64,000 bases of DNA from Verrucomicrobiales bacterium (GTDB taxonomy: Bacteria; Verrucomicrobiota; Verrucomicrobiia; Verrucomicrobiales; DEV007), in the NCBI GenBank assembly GCA_965216705.1, contig OZ244203.1, positions 525,845 to 589,844 of the forward strand, read 5' to 3'. The notes below the pieces were generated by a model, which saw only the letters and a program-made list of their open reading frames with translations, did no database searches and had not been told where the DNA came from. Below, one piece after another: positions 29,671 to 38,745 of the stretch. The number at the start of each line of letters is the position of its first letter. Position 1 is the first letter of the stretch. The translations under genes and the position numbers were made by a program.

Positions 29671-29823
29671 CTATTGCTTCAGCGCAGCTTTAATTCGTTG
29701 CGCCACCTGTTTACCCATCAATTCAAAACCTTCCTCAGGCACATGTTCTTTCCCGTCAGCTTGAAGCGGCAAGCCCAGCGTAATAATCAGCTCGACAGAC
29801 AAAAGGGACAGAAGGGGTTTCAT
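29671..29823 (-). pseudogene. 50-codon remnant: signal peptide joined to an SGNH-hydrolase-like C-terminal helix
   Basis: MKPLLSLLSVELIITLGLPLQA-DGKEHVPEEGFELMGKQVAQRIKAALKQ; the tail resembles the D.xH....G..L.G..VA..I end of SGNH/GDSL enzymes. Confidence 0.45.
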
Positions 29824-29958
29824 AGTAAAATGTGTGTACGGACATTCCCTCACCAGTTCAAGACACTTCACCACGTATCGCCGTCCCATTCCTCTCACCT
29901 TACGGGTTGCTATTGAAGGAAGTCATGGACAAGCTCTCATCACCACAGCTCTTCTCTG

Positions 29959-30741
29959 ATGGCTAACGAATCCGACGCTCCAGTTTCATCTCCAACCCCT
30001 TGGTACCAGACCGCTGCCACAGCTTTTATCGGTCCATTCGTCGCCTTCCTTGTCATCCTCACGCTCGTCCAACAGCTTGGGACCGAGGACGCCTCCGCTC
30101 CGTGGTGGCGCCAGCATCCCGAACATTGGGGGTATCCCCTTCAGGCAATTCTCTGCATTGGGCTCGTCATTTTCTGGCGAAAGCACTATCCCAGATTTTC
30201 ATGGAAAGGCAGTGGCCTTGCGGTTCTCATGGGCATTGCCGGCATTGCTGTCTGGCTTCTCCCCCCGTTGATTCACGCTGCTACCGGAATTGGCGAAGGT
30301 GGCTCACTGCCCTGGTTGAAGTGGCTGGGATTTCAGTCCCGCCTCGATGGCTTCAACCCCTACCTGTTCGGAGAAGAAACGACCGCGCTGCAACTCGGTC
30401 TGATTGTTTTTCTGCGTTTCCTGCGCCTCGTCGTCGCCGTCTCTCTCGTCGAAGAGATCTTCTGGCGCGGCTTTCTCATGCCCTTCCTCAGCGATCCGGA
30501 CGGAGACTGGAAAGAGCGCCGTCTCAGTGACAGCACCCCTCAAGCCCTTGGGCTGACTGCGTTGGCCTTCGCACTCGTCCACCTTGGACCTGATTTCGCC
30601 GTCGCGCTGGTTTACGGGGCACTTACCGGATGGGTATCCATCAAAACCGGAAACATGTGGGCCGCCGTCATCATGCACGCTGTCGCCAACCTCAGTCTTG
30701 GGCTTTTCATTGTTGTCACTCAATGGTGGGGCCTGTGGTAA
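29959..30741 (+). CDS. CPBP (CAAX prenyl protease-related) intramembrane glutamic metalloprotease
   Basis: EEIFWRGF, FALVH and HAVAN motifs with multiple TM helices. Confidence 0.88.
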   Translation: MANESDAPVSSPTPWYQTAATAFIGPFVAFLVILTLVQQLGTEDASAPWWRQHPEHWGYPLQAILCIGLVIFWRKHYPRFSWKGSGLAVLMGIAGIAVWLLPPLIHAATGIGEGGSLPWLKWLGFQSRLDGFNPYLFGEETTALQLGLIVFLRFLRLVVAVSLVEEIFWRGFLMPFLSDPDGDWKERRLSDSTPQALGLTALAFALVHLGPDFAVALVYGALTGWVSIKTGNMWAAVIMHAVANLSLGLFIVVTQWWGLW

Positions 30742-30755
30742 GCTTGCGCCGACGC

Positions 30756-32198
30756 ATGTCCGAATCCTCCTCCAACCGATTCCCGATCTGGAAGACGCTC
30801 GTCATTTCCGCATTGCTAATCATTCCTCCTCTGATTGGGCTCGCCCTGATTTCAACCACTTCCGGTGGACTCTACGCTTCGCCGGACGAGGAGCGCCCCT
30901 GGGCCATCGCCAGTTACGCCAAGACCTTCGATCCCTCTCAAACCACTCCCCTCCTTACCCTCGCCGACATCGATGTCCCTGACTTGAACATACAATGGGA
31001 AGAGAGGCCGGGAGAGGAGAAGCGCCTGATCGTCACCTATCCTGCTGATGACGATAACGAAGACAATCCGTTTGAACTGTTTGAAGCGGACTCCAGGGGC
31101 GCCGTAACACTTCCGGACGGCAATGAACTCCAGCTTGTAGGGGTCGCAGTCGTTCTCCCGCAGGATGGCGACTGGGAAAGCGAAAGATATCCCCGGGTCA
31201 TGCCTGAATGGCGCGACCCTTACTCAGGCGAGACGCTCCCCAAAGAGGATTGGCAAGAGAAGGTTCAGGTCGACCGGAACGAAGCCAGGCTCTTCTTGCG
31301 CGTTCACAATGCCGAGAAGGCCCCGCTCCGCTGGCTCTCTCCTTCCGCCTACGACTCTGTGACTAAGGCTCGAGTGTCTTCCTCCAGTTCCTACTCCTAT
31401 ACCAATGACCACGGCATGTTCCGAATCGGTCTCGATATCTGGCACCAGACCTCGGTCGATCTGGCTTTCGACTTTGCCTTCGGCAACCCAGAGACCCGCG
31501 ACATCGAATTGAACAAGGGCAACACCACGGAGTTTGGAGAAGATGCACTCTTTGAACTGGTCGAGATTTTCCCGCACGGTCACGGGTCTTCCAGTTGGGG
31601 CAAAGGCAGCCACGGTGTCCGAACGACTTTCACACCTCGTCAAAAAAGCGAAAACTCAAATTACCGAACTTTTCTCTTTCATGTCTGGCCACCCAACAAT
31701 CACAAGTTGGCAGAGTTTGTTTACTCCACCGAAAAACAGCCCCGCCTTATGAGCGGCAACTACGGCATGTCCGACCTTCTCTTTTACGGCAAAGATTCGA
31801 AATTCGATAATGGAATCATTCGACGGTACCCCCGATTGGGCCGGGCCATGGTGCACCTGGAAAAAATCCCCCGCTTACCCGAAGTGGAAAATTTGTTCGA
31901 GGCCCCAATCAGTCGAACCGAAATTCGTTACGAGCATTCCTTTCTCCACACGGTTTCTGATTCGGTCCTCAGTCGGCAGTCAGTCTCCTCGTCTGACTAC
32001 GAAGTGGATGAATCGGCTCTGCCACTGGTATTCACCGATACCACTCCGATTGAAATCCTTGAGAAATTCGAAGAGCTCACTGGTGAGCATATTTATTTCG
32101 ATAAAGAAGAATTCAGGATCACTAACGAGAAGCCCGAAACTACCTTCGACCGGACGTGGGAAAAGATTCGCGAGATGTGGAAAAATTGGTTCCCATAA
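30756..32198 (+). CDS. Hypothetical protein with N-terminal membrane anchor
   Basis: Long ORF; start taken at MSESSSNRF (ATG 30756), just after the CPBP stop; single TM; no recognised motif. Confidence 0.7.
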   Translation: MSESSSNRFPIWKTLVISALLIIPPLIGLALISTTSGGLYASPDEERPWAIASYAKTFDPSQTTPLLTLADIDVPDLNIQWEERPGEEKRLIVTYPADDDNEDNPFELFEADSRGAVTLPDGNELQLVGVAVVLPQDGDWESERYPRVMPEWRDPYSGETLPKEDWQEKVQVDRNEARLFLRVHNAEKAPLRWLSPSAYDSVTKARVSSSSSYSYTNDHGMFRIGLDIWHQTSVDLAFDFAFGNPETRDIELNKGNTTEFGEDALFELVEIFPHGHGSSSWGKGSHGVRTTFTPRQKSENSNYRTFLFHVWPPNNHKLAEFVYSTEKQPRLMSGNYGMSDLLFYGKDSKFDNGIIRRYPRLGRAMVHLEKIPRLPEVENLFEAPISRTEIRYEHSFLHTVSDSVLSRQSVSSSDYEVDESALPLVFTDTTPIEILEKFEELTGEHIYFDKEEFRITNEKPETTFDRTWEKIREMWKNWFP

Positions 32199-32275
32199 TT
32201 GCGCGCGCTAACGTAAGCTTTGTCAGGGTTAGGCACGCTGCCTGATACCCTCTCCAATCTAACAAGAACCTTCAA

Positions 32276-33598
32276 ATGAACCGAAAGCTCTTCATTTCCG
32301 GTTTAATACTTGGCCTCGCTATCCTCAACGCCACGTCAATCGCTCAGGATGCCGCCACCGACATAGCCGATTCTCCAGCCTTGGTTCCGCCGAATAAAGC
32401 GCCCGCAGAGGAATCCAGTGAACCGAAGGCCACGACCATCAGCAATCCGAAGATTCCGATCGAATATCTCAAGCTGCTCCTGGAGCCACTCCCAAAGGAT
32501 GAACTCGTACTCGAAGTCCAGGGCTGGCAGGAGCTTCTCAAACTGAAGATGCTGGAAATCGCGGAGCACGAAATCTCGTCACAAGTCTCCGGTGACGCAG
32601 GAGACGCTGCCAGCGAAAAAGCCGTCAGCCTGATCTCTGAGAAAGGGGAAATCACTGAGCGTTTCAGGATCGCTATTGATGCCTTTGCCGATAAAGGAGG
32701 AGATCCAGCGCCATACAATCAATACTATCAAATTTCGCTCGGCTACAACATCAACAGTGCCGACAAAAGCGCCATCCGGGAAGCCTTCGCGCGATGGCTA
32801 AAATCTGAATCCGGAGGAAAACTCGTCCTCCGAAGACTAACCGCTTTCCTGGTCATTCTAGCAATCACCTGGTTGTTATCCGGCATTATTGGCAAATTTG
32901 TGAGTAAGGCTGTGGAGCGACAGGAAGCCTTCTCGAACCTTCTCAAGACATTCATCAAGAAAACGGTGCGACGCACCATCCTCTTTATCGGTTTACTCGT
33001 GGCTATCACGGCACTAGGCGTCAACGTCAGTGCCCTTTTTGCCATGATCGGCGGCGGCGCTTTCATTATCGGATTCGCCCTGCAAGACACCCTGAGCAAT
33101 CTCGCCGCTGGAATCATGGTTCTCGTATACCGTCCATTCGACGTCGGCGACCTCGTCGAACTCGGCGGTGTTGAAGGAACTGTGGACAGCGTCAGTCTTG
33201 TTTCCACGACAATCCGATCCTTCGACAACAAGGTGGTACTTGTTCCTAATAAATCCGTCTGGGGCCAGGTGATCACCAACGCAACGGCTTCGGACAAAAG
33301 GCGTGTCGACCTCGTGTTCGGCATCGGCTACGAAGACGATACTGATAAGGCCCAGCAGATTCTTGAGAAGCTGGTCGAGCGACACGAACTCATCCTCGAT
33401 GATCCGGAACCAATCATCAGGATCCACGAACTGGCTGACTCTTCCGTAAATTTCATCTGCCGCCCATGGACAAGGCCCGAGAACTACTGGACAGTTTACT
33501 GGGATCTCACCGAGGAAGTAAAAGAAGCCTTTGACGCTAACGGAGTCAGCATCCCCTACCCGCAGCAGGACGTCCATTATCACGAGGCAAAATCCTGA
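32276..33598 (+). CDS. Small-conductance mechanosensitive channel (MscS family) with periplasmic N-terminal extension
   Basis: IIGFALQDTLSNLAAG, RPFDVGD, PNKSVWG..ITN, RRVDLVFGIGY, LADSSVNF, IPYPQQDVH. Confidence 0.92.
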   Translation: MNRKLFISGLILGLAILNATSIAQDAATDIADSPALVPPNKAPAEESSEPKATTISNPKIPIEYLKLLLEPLPKDELVLEVQGWQELLKLKMLEIAEHEISSQVSGDAGDAASEKAVSLISEKGEITERFRIAIDAFADKGGDPAPYNQYYQISLGYNINSADKSAIREAFARWLKSESGGKLVLRRLTAFLVILAITWLLSGIIGKFVSKAVERQEAFSNLLKTFIKKTVRRTILFIGLLVAITALGVNVSALFAMIGGGAFIIGFALQDTLSNLAAGIMVLVYRPFDVGDLVELGGVEGTVDSVSLVSTTIRSFDNKVVLVPNKSVWGQVITNATASDKRRVDLVFGIGYEDDTDKAQQILEKLVERHELILDDPEPIIRIHELADSSVNFICRPWTRPENYWTVYWDLTEEVKEAFDANGVSIPYPQQDVHYHEAKS

Positions 33599-33613
33599 CA
33601 TTGTGATTACCCC

Positions 33614-34081
33614 ATGCACTCGAAGCTTCTCCTGATAATTCTCTCCGTGCTTCTTCTCAGAAATGCCCACGCTCAAACCGCGTGGGAAACTGACTCGGCT
33701 CCCGCACGTGAACTGACAGAGTTGAACAACAAACTGATCGCCGCCTACGAGCGCGAGGACATGGAGACTCTACGCTCCCTTCTGGCGAAGGAGCACGTCC
33801 ACAACAATGTGTTCGGATCGAAACTCGACAAAGAAACCTTCCTCAAGGACATCGAGTCGGGCGTCCTCGAGTTCCTTAGCTATGAAACACCGGAGATCGA
33901 ATGGGTCATTCGAGGTGATATTGCCATTGCCACCGGATTGATTGACGCGGACGCGGTTCGCGACGGTAAGCCCGTGCCGGCCAATCAATTCCGATTCACG
34001 AGGATCTACGTGAAAGAGGACGGTGAGTGGAAAGTTCTTCTTTTCCACAACACCATGGCAGGCAAACCGCCCGCCCCCTGA
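33614..34081 (+). CDS. Nuclear transport factor 2-like (DUF4440) secreted protein
   Basis: Signal peptide; GDIAIATG, FTRIYVKEDGEWKV..H pattern. Confidence 0.82.
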   Translation: MHSKLLLIILSVLLLRNAHAQTAWETDSAPARELTELNNKLIAAYEREDMETLRSLLAKEHVHNNVFGSKLDKETFLKDIESGVLEFLSYETPEIEWVIRGDIAIATGLIDADAVRDGKPVPANQFRFTRIYVKEDGEWKVLLFHNTMAGKPPAP

Positions 34082-34435
34082 AGATTCTCTCGTCATTCCC
34101 GTTTCGAACCCGGCTACCGTTTTTGTGCGGAGAAACACGGGTCGCAGGGACGTAGTGTGAACTTATGCACCGATTCGCGTAAGCGGTTGGCCCGGTTTGA
34201 GCTTCACCTAATGAAACAAATCTGTCACATTAAGCGGCAGTTGGATTCATTCCACCCATCCATGAAAGGCCAACCAACATGCGATGATCCCCCTTCGAAC
34301 TTTGCGTTCGAATTCCGTCCCCGCCATCCCCGAGGCCAGGCCCGGCCTCGTCTAAACCGTTTCCGGAGAAACTTCTGAATCCGAGGAACAGCTCATCCAC
34401 TGGGGCATTGGTTACCAAACACTTAGGAAATCCTG

Positions 34436-34942
34436 ATGAACAACAACACCAAATTATACAGGTATACCTCTGAAGTAGCCCCGGCCATATCCCGACCGCT
34501 CGGTGTCCTGACAGCCCTGCTGCTGCTTCCCCTCATCACCCTGTTCGCAACCTCCGCTGAGGCGCGGCTGGGTGAATCATTCGAAAAATGCGCCAAACGC
34601 TATGGCACCCCGACGGGTTCGATCAATATTCCCGGCCTGCTCCCCAACGGAGTCGGATTTCACCGCGGCGAGTATTCCATCACCTGCGGATTTGAAGACA
34701 ACAAGTGCATCATTATGGTGGTGACCCGGCTCGTTCCCGATGATCCGATCCAGAAGGCAATTCCCCGCGATGACATCACCTTCTTCATGCGGGACAACTT
34801 CGGGCACACCAGCTGGGTGCTGACACAACTCGATAAGGACCAATCGACCTGGAGCACCTACGATCTCGAGGATCACAAGCCCTACATTGCCACCTACGAT
34901 AGCAATCTTGAAATGCTGACGATGAAAATTGCCGGGCGCTAA
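34436..34942 (+). CDS. Hypothetical secreted protein
   Basis: Hydrophobic segment ending AEA, then RLGESFEKCAKRYGTP; 168 aa. Confidence 0.65.
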   Translation: MNNNTKLYRYTSEVAPAISRPLGVLTALLLLPLITLFATSAEARLGESFEKCAKRYGTPTGSINIPGLLPNGVGFHRGEYSITCGFEDNKCIIMVVTRLVPDDPIQKAIPRDDITFFMRDNFGHTSWVLTQLDKDQSTWSTYDLEDHKPYIATYDSNLEMLTMKIAGR

Positions 34943-36582
34943 CCCGTCCTTTTCTTTCGACCGTTCAAAATGGCTCCGATGAAGGTGTAACGCACCAGCC
35001 ATTCGTAGACTACCAGTAAGACCCCCGTCGTCACTGTGCAGACGAGAGTAAACTTCACGACGATGGGCCAGTCCAGATCGCTGATCCAGATCTGCAGTCC
35101 CATCACCACAGGCAAGTGCGCGAGATAAAGCCAATAGGCGGAGTCGGAAAGATATCTCACCCATCGGCTTTCCCCGCTGAAGAAACGCCGGAAAAATCCA
35201 AGATGCGCGTAAATCATCAACCAGGTGAAAACCGCGGCACTCAAGCTGCCGGCCCAATGCTGCCATCCGAACCGCTCGCCACCACTACCCAGCCAGGTCG
35301 AGGCGGCAACAAAAGCAGGAACACCCAGCAGAGCCCAGAAAACCCAGAAACGACCGGCGTTCGTTTCAAATGACTCATTTCCATAACTCAGAGCGCCGAA
35401 GGCAAAGAAAACCGCGTAGTAAAGCAGCTTAGGGGGCCATGGCAGGATCCCCGGGGTGGTATCGGCTCCAACACCTTCCCTCATGAACAATTGGCACAAC
35501 AAGGTGACAGGCAGGACCCAGAGCCAGCTTCGGGGGGAAGCGCTCATCCATTTGGGAATTTGGAACGGGATTAGTTTTCGAATCCACACAACCGTCGCGA
35601 ACATCACCACCAGCCAGCAAAGATAGTAAAGAAACCAGAGGTGCTGAAACACAGGCAACTGGGCACCCAGCTTCCAGAGATCAAGGAGCTGCTGCAACAA
35701 GGGGTTCAGAATCCCGGATTCACCTCCATTCTCAATCAAGAGCGCTTTGATCTGCTTTCTCCCCAGGTAGAGCTCGACTCTCTTGATCTCGATCCCGAGC
35801 ATCCCACTGACCCAATTCACCGTGCCCATGCCGTGGCGCTGAGAATCCAAAGGAGTCTCGCCATCGTTATTCCTCGCATTCACATCGGCTCCCGCTGCGA
35901 TAAGGAGCGCCCCCTCCTCTCCCCGGCCAAGAAACGATGCCGCATGCAAGGCTGATGAACCTTCGCCATCGCGAGCGTTCACATTAGCCCCGGCTTCAAT
36001 CAGGAGGGATACCAGTTCCGGCTTACCCTCTATCACCGCCCAGGCCAGTGGAGACAATTGAAACCCCGAGTCTTTCGCGTTGACGTCTGCACCCTCCGCC
36101 ACCAAAGCGCGGACTTGATCGCCGTCGCCAATTCTAACGAGTTGCCACAAAGCCTCTTTCTTTTCCGCGTCCGCCAATTCTCCGTCGCCCCCTTGGCCCG
36201 TCTCGCGCTGCTCCGCCACTACCGCCTTCTTGGCGTTCCCCCAGAAAGTCAGAGGGAGCACCAGCGCCCAGGTCACGATCGTTCCCACCGCCAGGGGAAT
36301 CAGGATTCGAATGGCTCTTTGCTTGAGCAACCCCTTGAGCCCCCGCTTCCTCCACAGCATCGCCGTGAAAAACCCGCTAATGAGAAAGAACAAAGGCAGA
36401 CGAAAGCCGTGAATGAAGCTGAGGATCGTTCCACAAACTTCCGTATTCTGGTTGCGGTCCTGGGCCGGCCAGAACGGGATGACCATGAACGACATTAATC
36501 CATGCAGGACGATACCCAACAACATGGCGTAGCCCCGCAAGGCATCGAGATCATGAAAGCGCTTTCCCTGGTTTGAAATCAT
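34939..36582 (-). CDS. Acyltransferase-3 (OpgC/MdoC-like) with inserted ankyrin repeats
   Basis: RFHDLDALRG, HGFRLPLFFLISGFF, HLWFLYYL, YWLYLAHLP; ankyrin units SPLAWA...AGANVNARD, SALHAA...AGADVNARN..GETPL. Confidence 0.85.
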   Translation of the reverse strand: MISNQGKRFHDLDALRGYAMLLGIVLHGLMSFMVIPFWPAQDRNQNTEVCGTILSFIHGFRLPLFFLISGFFTAMLWRKRGLKGLLKQRAIRILIPLAVGTIVTWALVLPLTFWGNAKKAVVAEQRETGQGGDGELADAEKKEALWQLVRIGDGDQVRALVAEGADVNAKDSGFQLSPLAWAVIEGKPELVSLLIEAGANVNARDGEGSSALHAASFLGRGEEGALLIAAGADVNARNNDGETPLDSQRHGMGTVNWVSGMLGIEIKRVELYLGRKQIKALLIENGGESGILNPLLQQLLDLWKLGAQLPVFQHLWFLYYLCWLVVMFATVVWIRKLIPFQIPKWMSASPRSWLWVLPVTLLCQLFMREGVGADTTPGILPWPPKLLYYAVFFAFGALSYGNESFETNAGRFWVFWALLGVPAFVAASTWLGSGGERFGWQHWAGSLSAAVFTWLMIYAHLGFFRRFFSGESRWVRYLSDSAYWLYLAHLPVVMGLQIWISDLDWPIVVKFTLVCTVTTGVLLVVYEWLVRYTFIGAILNGRKKRTG

Positions 36583-37055
36583 CCGGTTTATTGAAACTCA
36601 ATAGGCGAGACGCAAGTCTCGCTGAAACCGTTACTCCTTGGCATTCATGAAATGCTCCTTCAAGCGCCCCAATACCAACGCCGTCTCTTCGTCTATTCGC
36701 GGGAACCCTTGCCCATCACCCTCGACAAAGTGCAGCGCCAAATCAAGACCCGATTTCCGGTAAAGTTCGGTCAAGAGAAGGAATACTCCATCTGGCCCCA
36801 AAAAGAGAACATCATAATTCCTTTTAATCTCTGATTTCGGCTCTGATTGAACCGGAATGCTACCCACAGAAGACTCGAACTGGAAGGGCATGAATACCCC
36901 TTCAGAAACCAAGATCCTATCCTACCACACCAATCGATCCTGCCGGTTTTTGATTCACTGATCTGAGATTCCTGCATATGCTCAGACTAGTTCTACGGCT
37001 CAACTACGGTGAAGGACACGAAATCCATCTTCACCTCAATCGAAATCCCAAACGA

Positions 37056-38708
37056 ATGATGAAAACCCACGCTTGTTTGCTACTTACCTTCGCTCTCCTC
37101 GTCCAACACTCGCACGCTCAGATTGTTCACGACGGTGAATATGAATTCCTTCGCCTTCAGCACGGCGAGAAGTGGGATGCAGAAGATAAAGAGATCGATG
37201 CCCAACTCGCCGAGATCCGTGAAAAGAACGGCGGCAAGCGCCCCAACATCATCTACATCCTGATCGACGACCTCAGCTTCGGTCAGATGGGAAACCGGAA
37301 GCTCAACTATGTCACCGGATTCGATACCCCTAACATTAATCAGTTCTCGGAACAAAGCCTTAATTTGATGCGCATGTATACCGAGCCGTCCTGCACTCCG
37401 ACGCGAGCGGCTCTTCTCACCGGTCGCCACCCGGTTCGAGTCGGCATCAAAGAGGTGAAAGTCGCTCTCGTTGGCGAAGGCCTGCAAGCATCTGAAGTCA
37501 CCATCGCCGAAGTTCTCTCGCAGGCCGGATATGCCACTTCCCACATCGGGAAATGGCACCAGGGCGACATCGAGGAAGCCTACCCTCACAACCAGGGTTT
37601 CGACTACGCAGCTTTCCCGCTCCATCAGCAGGTCCAACTTTCCCTCATGACAGATGACGCCGCGGACTCGTTCCGGCTCATTGGCTACGCTGACAAGACC
37701 CAGTCCAATGCCATGGCCCTGGATCAAAAGTTCAAGCCCAGCGGCCTCGTGACCGGAGTGGAAGCCGTGAAAGGAGGCACGGCGAAAGAAGTGGACCTGG
37801 AGCCCGGCGAAAAGTGGACCCAGGCTCACTATGTCGAAATGAACGAGCGCTATCAGCGCCAGGCCGTTGAACAGCTCGAGAAGCTGGCTGGCGGAGACAA
37901 GCCTTTCTTCCTTCAATACTGGCCACTCTACCCGCTCAACTTCGTCAATGATAAGGAACAGAACGAAACCCTGAACGGCGGGCACTTTGCCGAGAAAATG
38001 AAGCGCCTCGATGAAATGCTCGGGGAGGTTTTCAACAAGGTTGATGACCTGGGGATTGCTGAGAACACCATGGTGGTGGTCATGGCCGACAATGGTTGTA
38101 TGCACCTGATCCCCAGCTACACCTCGGGATTCAATGAGCTGGTCTACCGCGGAGGAAAGACTGACTTCCTCGAAGGCGGAGTTCGCGTCGATGCGTTCGT
38201 GCGATGGCCGGCCGGAATCGAAGGCGGCACTTTTGCCGGAGACATCTTTCATGTTTCCGACCTCTTCACCACCTGGGCCCGCATTGCTCAGGCCACCGAG
38301 CATATCCCCACGGATCGAGTCATTGACGGAATCGACCAAACCGCCCTGTTCCTGAAGGGCGAAAAACACGGCCGACGCGACTATGTCTACATCTATCAGA
38401 ACGAGATTCTCCGCGCGATCGTGAAGCAGGAGTTCAAGATGCACATGCCGGCACCCGGAATTCCCGGCGCTGCAGCCCCGGTTTTCAACGTCTTTAGAGA
38501 TCCTCGCGAGGAACAGCCCTACGTTGGCCTTCCCCTTTGGTCGGGTGCCAGCTTTCAAGATATGGCCAAGCGCCACATGATCATGATCTCCAAGTACCCC
38601 CACGCGGACCTCGGCAAAGGAAAACCCTATGAGGGCATTGATAACCTGCGCCCCGAATCGATTGAAACTGTCGAGACCTTCATGTCCTGGCAGCCCGCCA
38701 AGAAATAG
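37056..38708 (+). CDS. Arylsulfatase-like sulfatase (paralog A)
   Basis: RPNIIYILIDD, CTPTRAALLTGR, GKWHQG, ADNG, RGGK...EGGVRV; signal from ATG 37056. Confidence 0.92.
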   Translation: MMKTHACLLLTFALLVQHSHAQIVHDGEYEFLRLQHGEKWDAEDKEIDAQLAEIREKNGGKRPNIIYILIDDLSFGQMGNRKLNYVTGFDTPNINQFSEQSLNLMRMYTEPSCTPTRAALLTGRHPVRVGIKEVKVALVGEGLQASEVTIAEVLSQAGYATSHIGKWHQGDIEEAYPHNQGFDYAAFPLHQQVQLSLMTDDAADSFRLIGYADKTQSNAMALDQKFKPSGLVTGVEAVKGGTAKEVDLEPGEKWTQAHYVEMNERYQRQAVEQLEKLAGGDKPFFLQYWPLYPLNFVNDKEQNETLNGGHFAEKMKRLDEMLGEVFNKVDDLGIAENTMVVVMADNGCMHLIPSYTSGFNELVYRGGKTDFLEGGVRVDAFVRWPAGIEGGTFAGDIFHVSDLFTTWARIAQATEHIPTDRVIDGIDQTALFLKGEKHGRRDYVYIYQNEILRAIVKQEFKMHMPAPGIPGAAAPVFNVFRDPREEQPYVGLPLWSGASFQDMAKRHMIMISKYPHADLGKGKPYEGIDNLRPESIETVETFMSWQPAKK

Positions 38709-38745
38709 ACTACTCAGCCCCCCTTTTCATCGAGAATACGCTATA

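Noticed and set aside
34082-34435. 354-bp intergenic region with small ORFs and CRP-like half-sites
   Set aside because: Only half-site matches, no recognisable riboswitch, and the ORFs look non-coding.
36601-36834. 60-aa ORF (MLLQAPQYQRR...) in the gap before sulfatase A
   Set aside because: No recognisable motif or RBS, and it competes with an equally unsupported minus-strand ORF; I cannot support it as a gene.
37080-38603. 507-aa antisense ORF, and similar long ORFs at 6708-7517, 14731-15804, 42141-43043, 45500-46456, 56604-58040 and 60390-61385
   Set aside because: They lie opposite well-supported genes and have no motifs; they are shadow ORFs expected from GC-rich codon bias.
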